From Stegostoma tigrinum (lineage: Eukaryota), in contig NC_081362.1 in assembly GCF_030684315.1 (NCBI RefSeq), positions 96,393,187 through 96,457,186 of the forward strand: a DNA stretch of 64,000 bases, written 5' to 3'. The position numbers and the translations under genes are program-made. Positions 38,701 to 51,134 of the stretch are shown piece by piece; position 1 is the first letter of the stretch; the number at the start of each line of letters is the position of its first letter. Below the pieces are notes generated by a model that saw only the letters and a program-made list of their open reading frames with translations, had not been told where the DNA came from and did not search any database.

Positions 38701-40989
38701 AATCCAAGTTCGGTTCGAAATTATGTTGTGAAGACTTCATAAGGTGTTGTAGATGGATAGTGATAGAGTTTTGTCCACGTATTCAACTTTTCAGATGGAG
38801 TATAATTCAGCAAAATATGAAGTTGCTCTCTTTTGCAGGAAGAATAAAGAAGCAGAGCATTAAATGCTCAGGAGAACAGCCTCAGAATTCCAAAGTGCAG
38901 AGGGATCTATATTTTCTGATGTGAGTCACAAAGTGTGAGGATACAAGTATAGCATGGAATCAAGAAGGCTAATGGGATGCTAACCTTCATTTTTCAGAAG
39001 AATTGAACATAAAAGGAAAGTGTATTGTGTTGCAGTTACCCCAGGCATTAGTGAGACCAGATCATAAATCCTGTGTGCAATTTTGATTGCCTGATTGAAG
39101 GAAAGGTGTAAATGTATTGGAAGTGGCTCAGGGAAGGCTGACTGGATTAACCTCTGCAAGGAGTGGGTTGTTTGATGAGGAAATGTTGGACAGACTGAGC
39201 TTGTTTCCCCTGGAGTTTAGAAGAGTGAGGGGCGTCTAGATTGAAGTGTATCAGATCCTTTATGGCCTTGACAATGCGAATGTGGAAAGGATGTTTCCTC
39301 TTGTTGTTGAGTCTAGAGCCAGGAGACACTGTTTATATTTCGTGAAAGACCTCTTAAGACAGAGATGAAGAGGTTGTTTATTTCCTCTTTCTGCCAGGGG
39401 GTTGTACAAATTTGGAACACTCTGCATCACAGATGGTAGAGTGGGGATTTATTTAAGACATAGCGGACTAAAAGCTATTGGGGTGGATGGAATTCTCAAC
39501 AAAGAGATCATCTATGATGTTCTGAATGGCAGAGCAGGTTAGCTGGGCCATAATGACCTATTTATACTCTGAACTTGCATGTTCAAAGTGCCCTGCACCC
39601 CAACAGCCAACACTACATCTATCACCCCTCCAGATCCATCACTCTGACTGACCCCTGCCCTGAACAAGCCATACTTCATACCCTTTTCATTGCCTGTCAA
39701 CAATCCTGGCCCTCCCCACACCCACAGAGTCCAATAAGGAAAACTCTGTCCCTCATCCCTAAATTCTGAGCGCAATTCCCATAAACTCCACATGGGAAAA
39801 GGATTGAAAGATCCAAGGCTTTCTCTGAGCAAGTCACACCAATTGTATCAACATTAACTGAGCTGTCCAAAACCTGAAGGAGAACCCTCCAGCCTGGGCT
39901 CGTGGTAGGGATCTTTTCCAACACCTTGATCGTGGCAACAGGTTCCAAAGAATTTCACAGGAATGTTTGCCGACCTCCATTTGTCACTGAATCACTGGCG
40001 GAGATATCAGGACAAGGGACGTGCATTGTTACTTTGGGGAATGGGGTTTTACGTGCGGAATTGTTGATGCTGACTCTCGTTTGGGGGGTATGTGCCAATG
40101 AAGCTGAAATATTTGGAAGCTGACGGATCGAGGAAGAAACACGAAGATTTCCCAGGGAGACTGACCACAGGATCTCTCCTCCAGCACCGAGTCCCACTGA
40201 GACAGGAAACCAGATATTCCGGGACACATTCTGAGGGCTGCCAATCAGCTGAGCCATATGGGACCCTAAATCATTGGAACATTCAGCTCCTCAGCCTGTC
40301 CCACAATCTGATAAGTTAATTGCTGATCTGATTATGGCATTGACGCTACTTTCATATCTGTCACCCCAATCACCAATAAAACCTGCCTCCCCTCTCTGTC
40401 AGTTTTATTCCACATTTTGTCCCTTCCTAAACTTCTCTTCCTTGTATATACTTACGGGAGTCATTGCCAAGGTCATGGGATGTGAGGTAGGTGTGGGTCG
40501 ATATTGGTGAAGCTCCAAGCTGGACACAGGATTTAGAGAAGGAGCTTCACAACTTGACAGATTCCAGAAAGCAGCTCAAGGTCAATGCGAAATGAGACAT
40601 CAGGCAGACACTGACCCAGAGTCAAAAAGTGCAGCAACAACAACACAGATACCTCTCAAGCACTCCTTCAGACACAGCTTCAAGCAGAATTCCCTGGTGT
40701 GCAATTTGAAAGCTGTAAGAGCCCATTTGAAATGGGCAGCAGAGTGACAATGAGAGAAAGGACACGGAGGGGGGCAATTCACCCTGGGTTTAGCTCCCAT
40801 TTTCTTATTTCTCTGGAATGTAATGATATCAATGCAGACTTTCCACAAAACCTGATAACACTTGAAGAAATCTTCTCCCACAGTGTCACAGTCAGTGAGA
40901 GAGTGTCTGACTTCAGCAATGGATGAGCAGGGTCCAAGCTCAATGCTCTGAGCTGGGAGCTGAACTTCTTCATTGGCAATTATGTCACC

Positions 40990-41500
40990 AAAACAAAAAA
41001 TTGTGTCATCTGCAAACTTGCTGACTTTCCCTCCTACATTCACACTTAAATCATTCTTACAGACGACAAAAAGCAATAGACCCACCACAGATCCTTGTGT
41101 CACAGGCTTCGTCACCACCTTCTGTCTTCTACCTTCAAGATAAATTTGTATCCAGTTGGCTCGGTGCCCCTGGACCCCAAGTGAATGTTGCTTACCAGGA
41201 TACCATGCATAACCTTGTCCAATGCCTTGCTGAAGCCCACATTGACAATGTCTATCATTCTGTCTTCATCAGTCTTCTTTCTCACCAAATGAAAAAACTC
41301 AAGTTTTTCCACACACACAGACTCTTGACTATCTCTAATCAGTCCTTGCTTTTCTGAATGCGTGTAAATTCTGTGCCTCAGAATCCCTTTCCTCAATTTG
41401 CCCAGGACTGACTTGAGGCTCACTGGTCTATCATTCCCTGGCATTTTGTTATCACTGTCCTTCAATAATGGCACCACATTAGCCAACCTCCAGTCTTCTC
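40990..41500 (-). mobile_element. Decayed CR1 RT fragment
   Basis: PGNDRPVSLKSVLGK, FSKALDKV, QGSVVGLLLF, SKFADDT. Confidence 0.8.
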
Positions 41501-42241
41501 AGTCACTTGACTGACTTGTTTGAGGAGGGTTTTGTTGACAGTGTGTTTGAAGAGACTCTTGCTTCTGTGAGCTGTATCGTATTGGATGAAAGACGGCCAG
41601 GGAGAGTGTGGAGAAGGATTCTTATATATTCATTCATGGGATGTGGGCATCACTGGCTGGCCAGCATTTTTTGCTCATCACTAATTGAACAGATGGGTCA
41701 TATGGGCCTGGAGTCACATGTGAGCCAGATCAGGTAAAGATGGCAGATTCCCTTTCCCTAATTGACATTAGTGACCTCGATGGATTTTTCTGACAATCGA
41801 TAACGGACTCATGATCAACATTAGACTGTCAATTTTTTTTACATTCAAATTTACCATCTGTCATGGCAGGATTTGAATCTGGGTCCCCAGAACATTACCT
41901 GCGTCTCTGGATTAACAGCGATAATAGCACTAGGCCATTGTCTCCCGATTTATAAACGGGGACTGAGTCATTAGGAAATATGATGATGGTGTGGGGAGAA
42001 GACAGTGACTGGGGATCAGGAGGGGAGACACAACGAGTTTGTGCATGAGGAGGAAGTGGCTGAATATCAGATCTTAATCTTCGAATTAAAGTAATCCATG
42101 AGATTTTCAGATCAAGATGACTGATAACAGGTTGGGAGTTCACCCAAGGTAACATGAGCTGCTCTGCTTCTCATTAAGTATTTGAGATTTTTAACAGGCT
42201 TCAGACTAGTTTTAATTTATTCACACTTTTTCTCTTAAAAG

Positions 42242-42586
42242 TTGCAAACCCCCCAATTCTTCTCCAGCCTCCGAGCCTGGAACGTGTCACCGAGGGACGC
42301 GTTGCCCGGTTACAATGCACTGTGAGGAATGCCGCAGTGACACGTACCGATGTTCACTGGTACTGGGAGCAACCAGGGAATAACATGGAGTGGATTTTAA
42401 CACATGACGTGAGGAACATCACACGATGGAGCCCAGGATTCACTGAGCGATTCCAGTCTTCCAGAGACTCCTCCAATAACAGCTTCATTCTGACCATCAC
42501 AAACATGCAGCCCAATGACACTGGGGTCTATTACTGTAAAGTGTGGGGAGATATCAGTGGGAAGGGAACCCAGCTGACTGTAACCG
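42242..42586 (+). CDS. IgSF receptor exon: V-set domain 2 with built-in J-like strand
   Basis: tttttctcttaaaag| ... ACC G|GTAAGT, phase 1-1; ANPPILLQPPSLERVTEGRVARLQC...VHWYWEQPGNNMEWIL...GFTERF...SFILTITNMQPNDTGVYYCKVWGDISGKGTQLTVT. Confidence 0.93.
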
Positions 42587-43424
42587 GTAAGTATATGAAA
42601 ATTTATTTTATGCAAAACAGCTTCAAAATGCAAGTTCAGAGGAATTGGTAGGGGATTGGTCTGGGAAGAATGGCCTTTGGAGGGTTGGTGTACATTTGAT
42701 GGGCTGAATGGCTTCCTTCCATACTACAAACGTTCTCGGCTTCTGAAGGCTGAGACAGTTAAAAAGTTAATTTCCTCAGCTCCAGGACAATGCAGGATCT
42801 GTGCTCCAGACGGGGGATAACACAGTACCTGACATGGTTCCATGCTTTGGGTCCAGGTTTTGTTTGAAATGTGAGCTGTATAAGCATCTGGCTGGGAGCA
42901 GCCATGTTATGTGGACATCCCAGGATGCAGCTGTGAGGGAACCTCCCGGCATTGAGCTGAGTGAGTTGTGAACATGAACTCTGTTTCTCTCTCCACAGGT
43001 ACTGTCAGACCTGCTGAGTTTCTCCAACATTCCCGGTTTGTACCTCACATTCTTTCAGATTTTTGATGACACAGGAGGAGATAGTCAGACCTTTAGGGAT
43101 GGCACTGCCAATGAATTTCTGTTTACCTTTCAGAAAGTTCACTGACTTTCAAAACTATTCTTGTTGGTTTTTCTCAGGTAATTACAGAGAGATTCCAATT
43201 GCAGGCGAATCTGTCAAGGAAGTCATGTGACTTATGGGAGCCCTTTTGTAAGATTCTGCATGTGCATTTTAAAGATAGAATAGTTTTTTTCGTAAATTGT
43301 TTAGTTTTATTTCTGTGCATTCATGACAAGGTAATGCATGCTGACTGACTTTTCAACGAAAACATTGAAGATAATTTTCAGATTGCAGTCTAGTTTGTAC
43401 ATTGTGTATATTCTTGCCTTAAAG

Positions 43425-43753
43425 TTGCAAATCCCCCAGTTCTTCTCCAGTCTCCGAGCCTGGAACGTGGCACTGAGGGTCAACGGCCCGGTTACAGTGC
43501 ACCATGAGGAACAACGATGTTCACTGGTACTGGGAGCAACTGGGGAACAAGCCTAAGTTTGTTTTAGCACATGACGTGAGGAACATCACACAATGGATCC
43601 CAGGATTCACTGAGTGATTCCAGTCTTCCAGAGACCCGTCCAATAACAGCTTCCTTCTGACCATGACAAACGTGCAGCCCAGTGACACTGGTGTCTATTA
43701 CTGTAAAGTCTGGGGAGATATCAATGGGAATGGAACCCAGCTGACAGTAAGTG
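43425..43753 (+). pseudogene. Pseudo-exon: inactivated tandem duplicate of V domain 2
   Basis: Colinear with 42242-42586 but has a 1-nt deletion near 43480, a 15-nt deletion near 43512, CGA>TGA at 43615-43617, and donor GT>AT at 43754. Confidence 0.9.
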
Positions 43754-44719
43754 ATAAGTATGTGAGAGTTTATTCTATACAAAACAGCATCGGAACACTG
43801 AACTCAGTAACTGTACACACAACAAAGAAGAGGCAGGACTGAAGACATGGGGTTGTGATGTCAGCATATCTCTGAAGCATTTTCCATGGAGCTGTGACTC
43901 CTCCCTCAAAACATGAGATTGTGGAATTCATCTTCTGGAAGTATTTCGCCTCGGAATAATTTCTCAAAATCAATGGATTTTTTATTTTTTAAAATCGATT
44001 CATTTGTGGCATGTGGGCATTTATTGCCCATCCCTCGTTACCCCTTGTGGTCATCTGCCTTCTTGAACCGCTGCAGTCCATCTGCTGTTGGTTGATCCAC
44101 AATGTCCTTTGGGAGGGAAATCAAGGATTTTGACCCATAACAATGAAGGAATGATGATGCATTTTCGAGTCAGGATGGGGAGTGTCTTGGTAGGGAACTT
44201 TCAAGAGGGTGTCCTCATCTCTCTGCTGCCCTTGTCCTTCTAGGTGGAGGAGGTTGTGTGTTAGGAAGGTGCTGTCTGAAGACCTTTGGTGAATTTCTGC
44301 ACTGCATCTTGTAGATTGTACACACTGCTGCTACCGAGCATTGGTGGTGGAGGGAGTGAATGTTTGTGGCTTTGGCGGCAATAAATTGGGCTACATTGCA
44401 GTGTATCTTGTAGATAGGACACAGTAGGACATCAGTAGTGGAGGGAGTGGATGCTTGTGGGTGTGGTACTAATTGCATGAGCTATATTCTCCTGGATGTT
44501 GTTGAGCTTCTTGAGTGGTGTCAGGAATGTGTCATCCAGGCAAGTGGGGAATATTCCATCACACACTGCTGACCTGTGCCTTGTAGGTATTCAGCAGGCT
44601 TTAGGGAGTCAGGAGGGGTGTTACTATGCTGAGGAACCCAAAATTAATGTTGTTGATATTCTTGGACATTGCTCATATTGAAGCGACTCTGTGTGTAAAA
44701 TTCTGATATATTTTTACAG

Positions 44720-44870
44720 AAGAACCTTCCCATGATACTCCCCAGACTTCAGATCCCATTTTAATCACTGGCACCATTCTGGGTTTAGCTGTCTTGATCT
44801 GCCTTGTCCTGCTGATAGTTTTCCTTCGGAAACAGAAGCTGTGCTCCTCAGTAAAGGACTCCACACAAGG
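44720..44870 (+). CDS. IgSF receptor exon: stalk + transmembrane + stop-transfer
   Basis: tttttacag| EEPSHDTPQTSDP-ILITGTILGLAVLICLVLLIVFL-RKQKLCSSVKDSTQG |gtaatt; phase 1-2; no charged TM residue. Confidence 0.88.
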
Positions 44871-45211
44871 GTAATTTTCATCTTGGCTTTGATTCTGTCA
44901 CGGAACTGTTATTGCTTTCGACACGAGGGTGATTGTTTTAAGTGAGCGCTGATAATCCCACTGCAGCATATAGATCCATTGTAAATGGTGGATCAGTGAC
45001 TGTCGAGACCATCCCATACATCCAGCTGCATAATCATTGCCAGTTTGCTCCTTCTCTGGTATCACACGTCCTCCAGTGCCAGGCCGCAGGCTCCTAGTGG
45101 TGACAGTCAGAAAGCTTTGGATGGATGAAGCATTAGAAATCACCTGCAGGATCCCCAGTCGGATCATTGATCATTATCCACCGAGCCTCGTGTCAGGGTC
45201 TGCCTTGGTGC

Positions 45212-45237
45212 GGGGGGGGGGGGGGGGGGGGGGGGGG
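45212..45237 (+). repeat. Poly-G run (~26 nt)
   Basis: Direct reading. Confidence 0.9.
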
Positions 45238-46137
45238 TCACTGGCAATATAGCGCTCCCTAATGGGTAGGCCAAGGGAATCCCAGACTTCATTTTGGTCT
45301 GGCACTCCATTCGGCCCAGCAGCCTTTGCTGGTCTTTCATTTCCACATCAGCTGAAAACACAAATCACATTTCCCTGCCCTGTGCCCCCATCGATTCAGT
45401 CCCCTTTATCCTTCCACCCCTTTCCAATCAAATCCTGAATGTTCTCATTGACTCTACACCTGCCATCAGCCTGGAGTGCATCCGAGAGCCTCCTTCTCCA
45501 CTCCCCACCACACCCCCCCCCACCCACCCACCGCCCCCCGCCACCTGCCGAGTGAAGGGATTTACTAAGAGTCTGGATTTGATATATTCTGTTGGAGGTT
45601 GTATTGGTGATGCTTCATTGATCATCGCCCTGCAGTGTGAGTCCTTCCAATGATATAAAGACAAACTAAAGCCTTTCTTTGAGTTGGTATTTGCTTATTG
45701 TGCACAGCATCCCAGTGAGTTCATGCCGCTCTCTCCCTCGGGATTTTCTCAGACTCAACCAACTGAAAATGCGGCAAATTTCTTCAAACAATCTCTCCCT
45801 TCATCAGCCAGAAACAACAATAACTTGGCCTAATTTCACAGCACACCCTGTGGTTTTGGTCAAATTCTTATTTTTTGTTGTTTGCACTAATTCTGCTCCT
45901 TTTAGCAAATGGTCCAAGTTTTAAGATCATCCTATTTTCTTAAGCCTGGAGTCAGAAGCCCATGGTTCAAAATGTTTAACTCCATGAGCACTGAGGATGT
46001 GAAGGTTATGGCATTGTCTGTCGTAAATGTGCAATAATTCCAATGTGTGGTATTTATTTAGGAGCCCTGGTGAAGACCAGAATGCTGTGTATGCAACAGT
46101 AAATGTGCAATAATTCCAATGTGTGGTATTTATTTAG

Positions 46138-46181
46138 GAGCCCTGGTGAAGACCAGAATGCTGTGTATGAAACAGTAAATG
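46138..46181 (+). CDS. IgSF receptor cytoplasmic exon 1 (SPGEDQNAVYETVN)
   Basis: tatttatttag| ... AAT G|GTAAGC; phase 2-1 fits both neighbours. Confidence 0.8.
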
Positions 46182-46788
46182 GTAAGCAAACTAATTTAAT
46201 TATGATCACAACACTGAGCAGGAGTCACTTGCTGTTCCAGATATTCCTTTTACACAGTTAGATTCCTGCTGTGTTTAATAAACTAACAGTTAGAGCAGGT
46301 CATTTGTCTGATGAACACAACTGACCATAAAATGTGGTGAACCCACAACTGACAGAATGAAGATGATAGGATTCTCCTGGGGTTTTAGCTACAGCTTGTA
46401 ACTGCCCCTCAGGATGGCAATGCTGCAACAAGTGGATCCGAAAATAGATGGACCTTCAGACACAGAAACAGCATCCTGTAGTCCACCAGCCGACAGAGAC
46501 AGACCTTTTCAGAACCATTCCACAAATCAATGAATTTTTAGAGGGGATCGAATGGAGTTTTCAAGATGATGAGAGGTTTTGATTTTGTGATTAGGGAAAA
46601 GGTATGATCAGTCACATTTGTGACAATAATCTGAGATCAGGGTTTTATAATCATTGCAGAAAGTATTCTGATCCCAGCTAAGGACACTGCATGACAAATC
46701 GGATCAGAGTGATGTGGTCTTTATCGGGAAAGATTCTGAAACAATATACCGGCTGCCTGGTCATGACATTTAATTCTTTGTCTCACAG

Positions 46789-46862
46789 ACTCATTGGCAG
46801 AAACTGGTGATCAGCATCTACCTGGAGCTTACAGAGTCCCTCCTTCAACAGGACACCAAAGG
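46789..46862 (+). CDS. IgSF receptor cytoplasmic exon 2 (DSLAETGDQHLPGAYRVPPSTGHQR)
   Basis: ttctttgtctcacag| ... AGG|GTGAGC; phase 1-0. Confidence 0.8.
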
Positions 46863-47119
46863 GTGAGCTTCAGTTTCTTTACCTGTACATGTTCCGGGAA
46901 CATGAAACAGGCCAGCGGAGGGGCTAGTGTCATTGTCAATTTATGATTTTATATCAGTTTCTCTTGCGCAGTCAACCTTTCATCTTAAGCCTCTTGTTAT
47001 ACCTCATTGGGGTAAGACCTGAAGATTGAGCCCAGCTGTTTCTGGAGTTGTCACCAATTTCATTGGCTTTCTAATCCCCTGTTTCCCCACCTTTCAGATC
47101 CAGGTTGACAGAAAGCAGA

Positions 47120-47308
47120 TAACAAAGTGTGAAGCTAGATGAACACAGCAGGCCAAGCAGCATCTTTGGAGCACATATCAGAATGATGAAGGGTCTAGGT
47201 CCGAAATGTCAGCTTATATGCAACTAAGATGCTGCTTGGCCTGCTTGGTTCATCAACTTCACACTTTGTTATCTTGGATTCTCCAGCATCTGCAGTTCCC
47301 ATTATCTC
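47120..47308. mobile_element. Palindromic Penelope-derived terminal-repeat unit
   Basis: Inverted halves; TSD ttgacagaaagcaga at 47105-47119 and 47309-47323. Confidence 0.85.
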
Positions 47309-49009
47309 TTGACAGAAAGCAGAGACCACATTTCTCTTCTTAACAAGGCTTCCTTTTCTTACAGAGAAATAGAATTGAGTTAAAGGCAAACAAAAATGAG
47401 CTATTGACAGATAGCTCTTCCCAGTTAAAACTTGTACCCTCTCACAAAGAACCCGCACCCCCTACCACCACCCCCACCCTGGCCCTTTTACATGTACAGT
47501 CTCGCATAGACAGATAAAGCATTGGTATTAGGGACAGCAGGAAAGACTGGGGAGAGTTTCAGAGTGCACTGTCTGTCGGCTTTTCTGAGATGAATCTTGT
47601 ACAACTCTGACACTGGTTCTCAATTGTCCTTCTCGCGATGCTTTCTCTTGTTTATAGGAGGCATAGAGGTCTGATTCACACTTACAGCATCTCTCTGACT
47701 GACTCATTTAAAGTTGCAGTTTACAGGAACTGCTGAGGGAGAAATCAGCTAACTTTCTTTGGGCTGAAAGTGCTGCTCCTGACAGAGAGACAGCTCCTGA
47801 GCTGGTGGAGATCTGTTTGCTTCACTATATCTTGTTCACATTCCCAAAGTTGTTCAGTTCCCTTTGAAATACTGACATTGTTACTGGGTGGCAGGAGGCC
47901 TCTATTATCAATAACTGGTCATGGGTTCACAGAAAAATCAACTACCTGTTGTCGGTTTCATCTCCATTTTTACATGCCTTCAATTACTTGCCCACTCTCT
48001 CTGACCCATCTCACTCCATCAAGGGTAGACGTGACCTGTATGTTAAGAGAGATTGCACCTGAATTGGAGGGATATCCTAGTGGGGGATTAGCTGATTAGA
48101 ATACCATTTGTCCATACCCTCCTTTCCCAACCTATCCCTCTCTCCCCCAACTTCTGTCTGCACCCTCCAACTCCATCTGTTGTATAAACCCTCTCTCACT
48201 ACTGCCCCAACAGGCTGCTGTGTTAACCATAGTTAAATGGAAGGTCAGGAAACTTGATTTCAAAAAGTGCAGCAGCTCCTCGACAGTCCTTGGTTTGTAG
48301 AACAGTTAATTTCCCATTTCAAACCACAATCAAAAATTACAAAAAGTAAACAAAATCATTCCCTGACAGTTCATGTCTCTAGTTTGTTCCCCCTTGGCAT
48401 AGGGAGAGACCAGGAGAACCGATCCCAGAACTCTACATATTCTCACACACACTTAGTAGAGGCTATTGGATCGCAACTTTGCATGGTTCATCTTCACTTC
48501 TGAGAAAGGGTCACGAGGCCTGAAACATTAACTCCTGTGGTTTTCTTCACAGATGCTGCGAGATCTGCTGAGCTTTCAGCAACTTCTGCTTTTCTCCCTG
48601 AATTACAGCATCCACAGCTCTTTCGATTTTTATGGCTCATCTCCAGTTTGCCCTCATGGTGACCACTGACTGATCCTTCAATAGGAAAAAAAAACACTCA
48701 AATTGGCAAATGAGATGAACTGGTCAAGTTTGCCTTGTGTAATTCAGCATGAGGGCTCAGTCTGACTGGGATGTTCAATTCCGAATATTCCATGTTTTGT
48801 TCCCGATTTTCTCTCTGGGAACCCTATTCCACTTCCACTCGGCTGTACCATCAGCTGCCCACAGTTATGATTCAGAAACTAGTTGGTAAATCGGCCACTT
48901 TCATGAAATAGAAATGTTTCAAGACTATAATTCCTGACTCTGTCTAATCAGCAGTCCGTCATCTCTTATCTCATGATGATTACTGATCATTGTTTCCATC
49001 TTATTGCAG

Positions 49010-49051
49010 AATGTGAAAGATTCTCCAGCAGACTCTGAGTCCACATACATG
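49010..49051 (+). CDS. IgSF receptor cytoplasmic exon 3 (NVKDSPADSESTYM), first half of the ITAM
   Basis: tttccatcttattgcag| ... TAC ATG|GTAAAT; phase 0-0. Confidence 0.82.
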
Positions 49052-50267
49052 GTAAATATCTCACAATGCAATTACCATTGGGGTTTTACAAAGTTCATGC
49101 TATTTCCAATTTGTCCTCTGTCTGAGTTTCCATTGTTCATTATCAAACGGACATTTCCATTCACCAATCACCACCAGTGGGAATGGGTTCAGTAACGGGT
49201 GAAGAAGATTGTCCACCATGCTGGATTCCCAATTCTATTACTGGGATCTTTCTGTTCAGGTCTCATTACTGTCTCCACTCTCTTCATTCTTTCCAATCTT
49301 CATTCGTTTCCACTACCACAACCACCTGAACTCCCCCCCCCCCACCCCCAACACCCCAGATCACCCAATTTCAAGTTTCATCATTTGCCATTAGGCTACA
49401 CTGCTATTCGCCCTCACTCCTGCCCAATCCTCTGGTCTCCTCAGTCACTGCTGACCACAGGAGCCAGTTGGAGTCATCAATGCATTCCACAACTCTCAGA
49501 AAGAAAGTGCATTTTCCATTTATATCACTCCACTCACGCCCTCAGCATGGCCAAGGAGCCTTTACGCTGAGTAAAGTGCTTTTGAAGTGATGTCATGTTA
49601 TCAGAAAGGGAGGAACCAACTTACACGTAGCAAGGTCACTGCGATAACAATGCTGCTTTGGAATATGGGAACAGAAGAAATAGGAGCAAGTGTAAAGCTG
49701 ACAGCTCCACCTAGCTGCTTCACTGTTCAATAAAACCCTGGTGGATAATCGACCCCAATTCCACTTTCCCACTTGCTCCTCATTTCCAGGAAGTTCTTGG
49801 AGAGTCCAGGGATCTGTCCATTTCAACCTGAAATGTTCTTTTCAACTCTTTTGTGGAGAGAATTCCAAAGATTAGCTACCCTTTGAGGAAAGAAATTTCT
49901 TCTGAAAAGATAATCTGTCCAGCTGATCGAGAAGATAGGCTTCAGTTTGACATCTGATTGAAAAGCTTGTCCTGCTGACACTGCTGCACTGCCTCTGCAC
50001 TGCACTGAGGGACTAGCCTGGATGGTACGATTAAATCTTGGGACTCAGCTTTCAATCCAAAATCTCCAGTCTGAAGAGCAAATGTTTTTCCACTGAGCTG
50101 AAACTCATGAATGAAGTAAGCTCTTAATATGGATCTGGTTCCAGTGAGCGAAATCTCTTTTGCCCACATGCAATAAATACAGTTAGAATGTGAAATAATT
50201 CTCTTAACCCATCATTGTGTTTCATGTTATACACCACAGTTTCTAACATTTCTCTTTTTCCTGTTAG

Positions 50268-50310
50268 ACATTGCAGCTACAGGACTGTTCTACTTACAGT
50301 GAGCTTAAAG
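50268..50310 (+). CDS. IgSF receptor cytoplasmic exon 4 (TLQLQDCSTYSELK), second half of the ITAM
   Basis: ctaac branch point, tttctctttttcctgttag| ... AAA G|GTATGC; phase 0-1. Confidence 0.85.
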
Positions 50311-50591
50311 GTATGCTTCAAGTTTTGCTCCCAACAGGGTGTTTTGCCTGATGCAGCAATGTTTATGCTACCTCCTGTAACATGAGAATCTGGGGATGGG
50401 GATTGTGTTACTAATGAGTCTAAAAGCTACCATTGTGTACAACTACTTCAGAAATGGAGGAGGCTCCCATTATGTACAAACATGGCCTTCCTCAGGCATG
50501 TCAGCATCTGGGCTAACATCATGTGGAGGGCTGGTGTTCGACTGGGGTGGAGAAAATCAGAAGCCTCTCATAACCAGGGTGTTGTCCATTC

Positions 50592-51090
50592 AGAGATAGC
50601 AGGAACTGCAGATGCTGGAAAATCTGAGATAACAAGGTGTAGAGCTGGATGAACACAACAGGCCAGGCAGCATAGAAGGAGCAGGAATGAAGCATAGAAA
50701 CCCTACAGTGTGAAAACAGGCCTTTCGGCCCAACAAGTCCACACCGAACCTCAGAACACTCCATCCAGACCCATCCCCCTGTAACCCACCTAATCTACAC
50801 ATCCCTGAAAGCTACAGGCAATTTAGCATGGCTAATCCACCTAACCTGCACATCTTTGGACTGTGGGAGGAAACTGATGCAGATACTGGGAGAATGTGCA
50901 AACTCCACACCGATAGACGCCCGAGGCTGGAATCGAACCCGGGTCCCTGGCGCTGTGAGGCAGCAGTGCCACCCACTGAGCCACTGCACAGAAGAAAGGT
51001 CCAGACCCGAAACGTCAGGTTTCCTGCTGCTCTGATGCTGCTTGGCCTGCTGTGTTCATCCAGCTTTACACCTTGTGATCTCAGGTTATC
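50592..51090. mobile_element. Palindromic Penelope-derived unit interrupted by a minus-strand HE1-like SINE (about 50693-50987)
   Basis: Terminal-repeat halves at about 50592-50685 and 50990-51090; SINE head reverse complement gctgtgaggcagcagtgccacccactgagccactgc. Confidence 0.8.
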
Positions 51091-51134
51091 GTCCAACCGG
51101 TTTATTTGAAATCACAAGTTTGTGGAGCAAAGAA

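Noticed and set aside
39560-40980. Unique-looking intronic stretch with short ORFs, possibly an extra Ig exon
   Set aside because: No Cys/Trp Ig pattern or phase-compatible splice pair was found
24778-44870. Ig light-chain, TCR or NKp30 identity
   Set aside because: No C1 exon or separate J segments were seen, the TM is uncharged and the tail is long and tyrosine-based; no gene symbol is supportable
47658-47700. Good acceptor ctttctcttgtttatag as an extra cytoplasmic exon
   Set aside because: The phase-0 reading stops after two codons (GAG GCA TAG) and no donor follows; at most a minor alternative terminal exon
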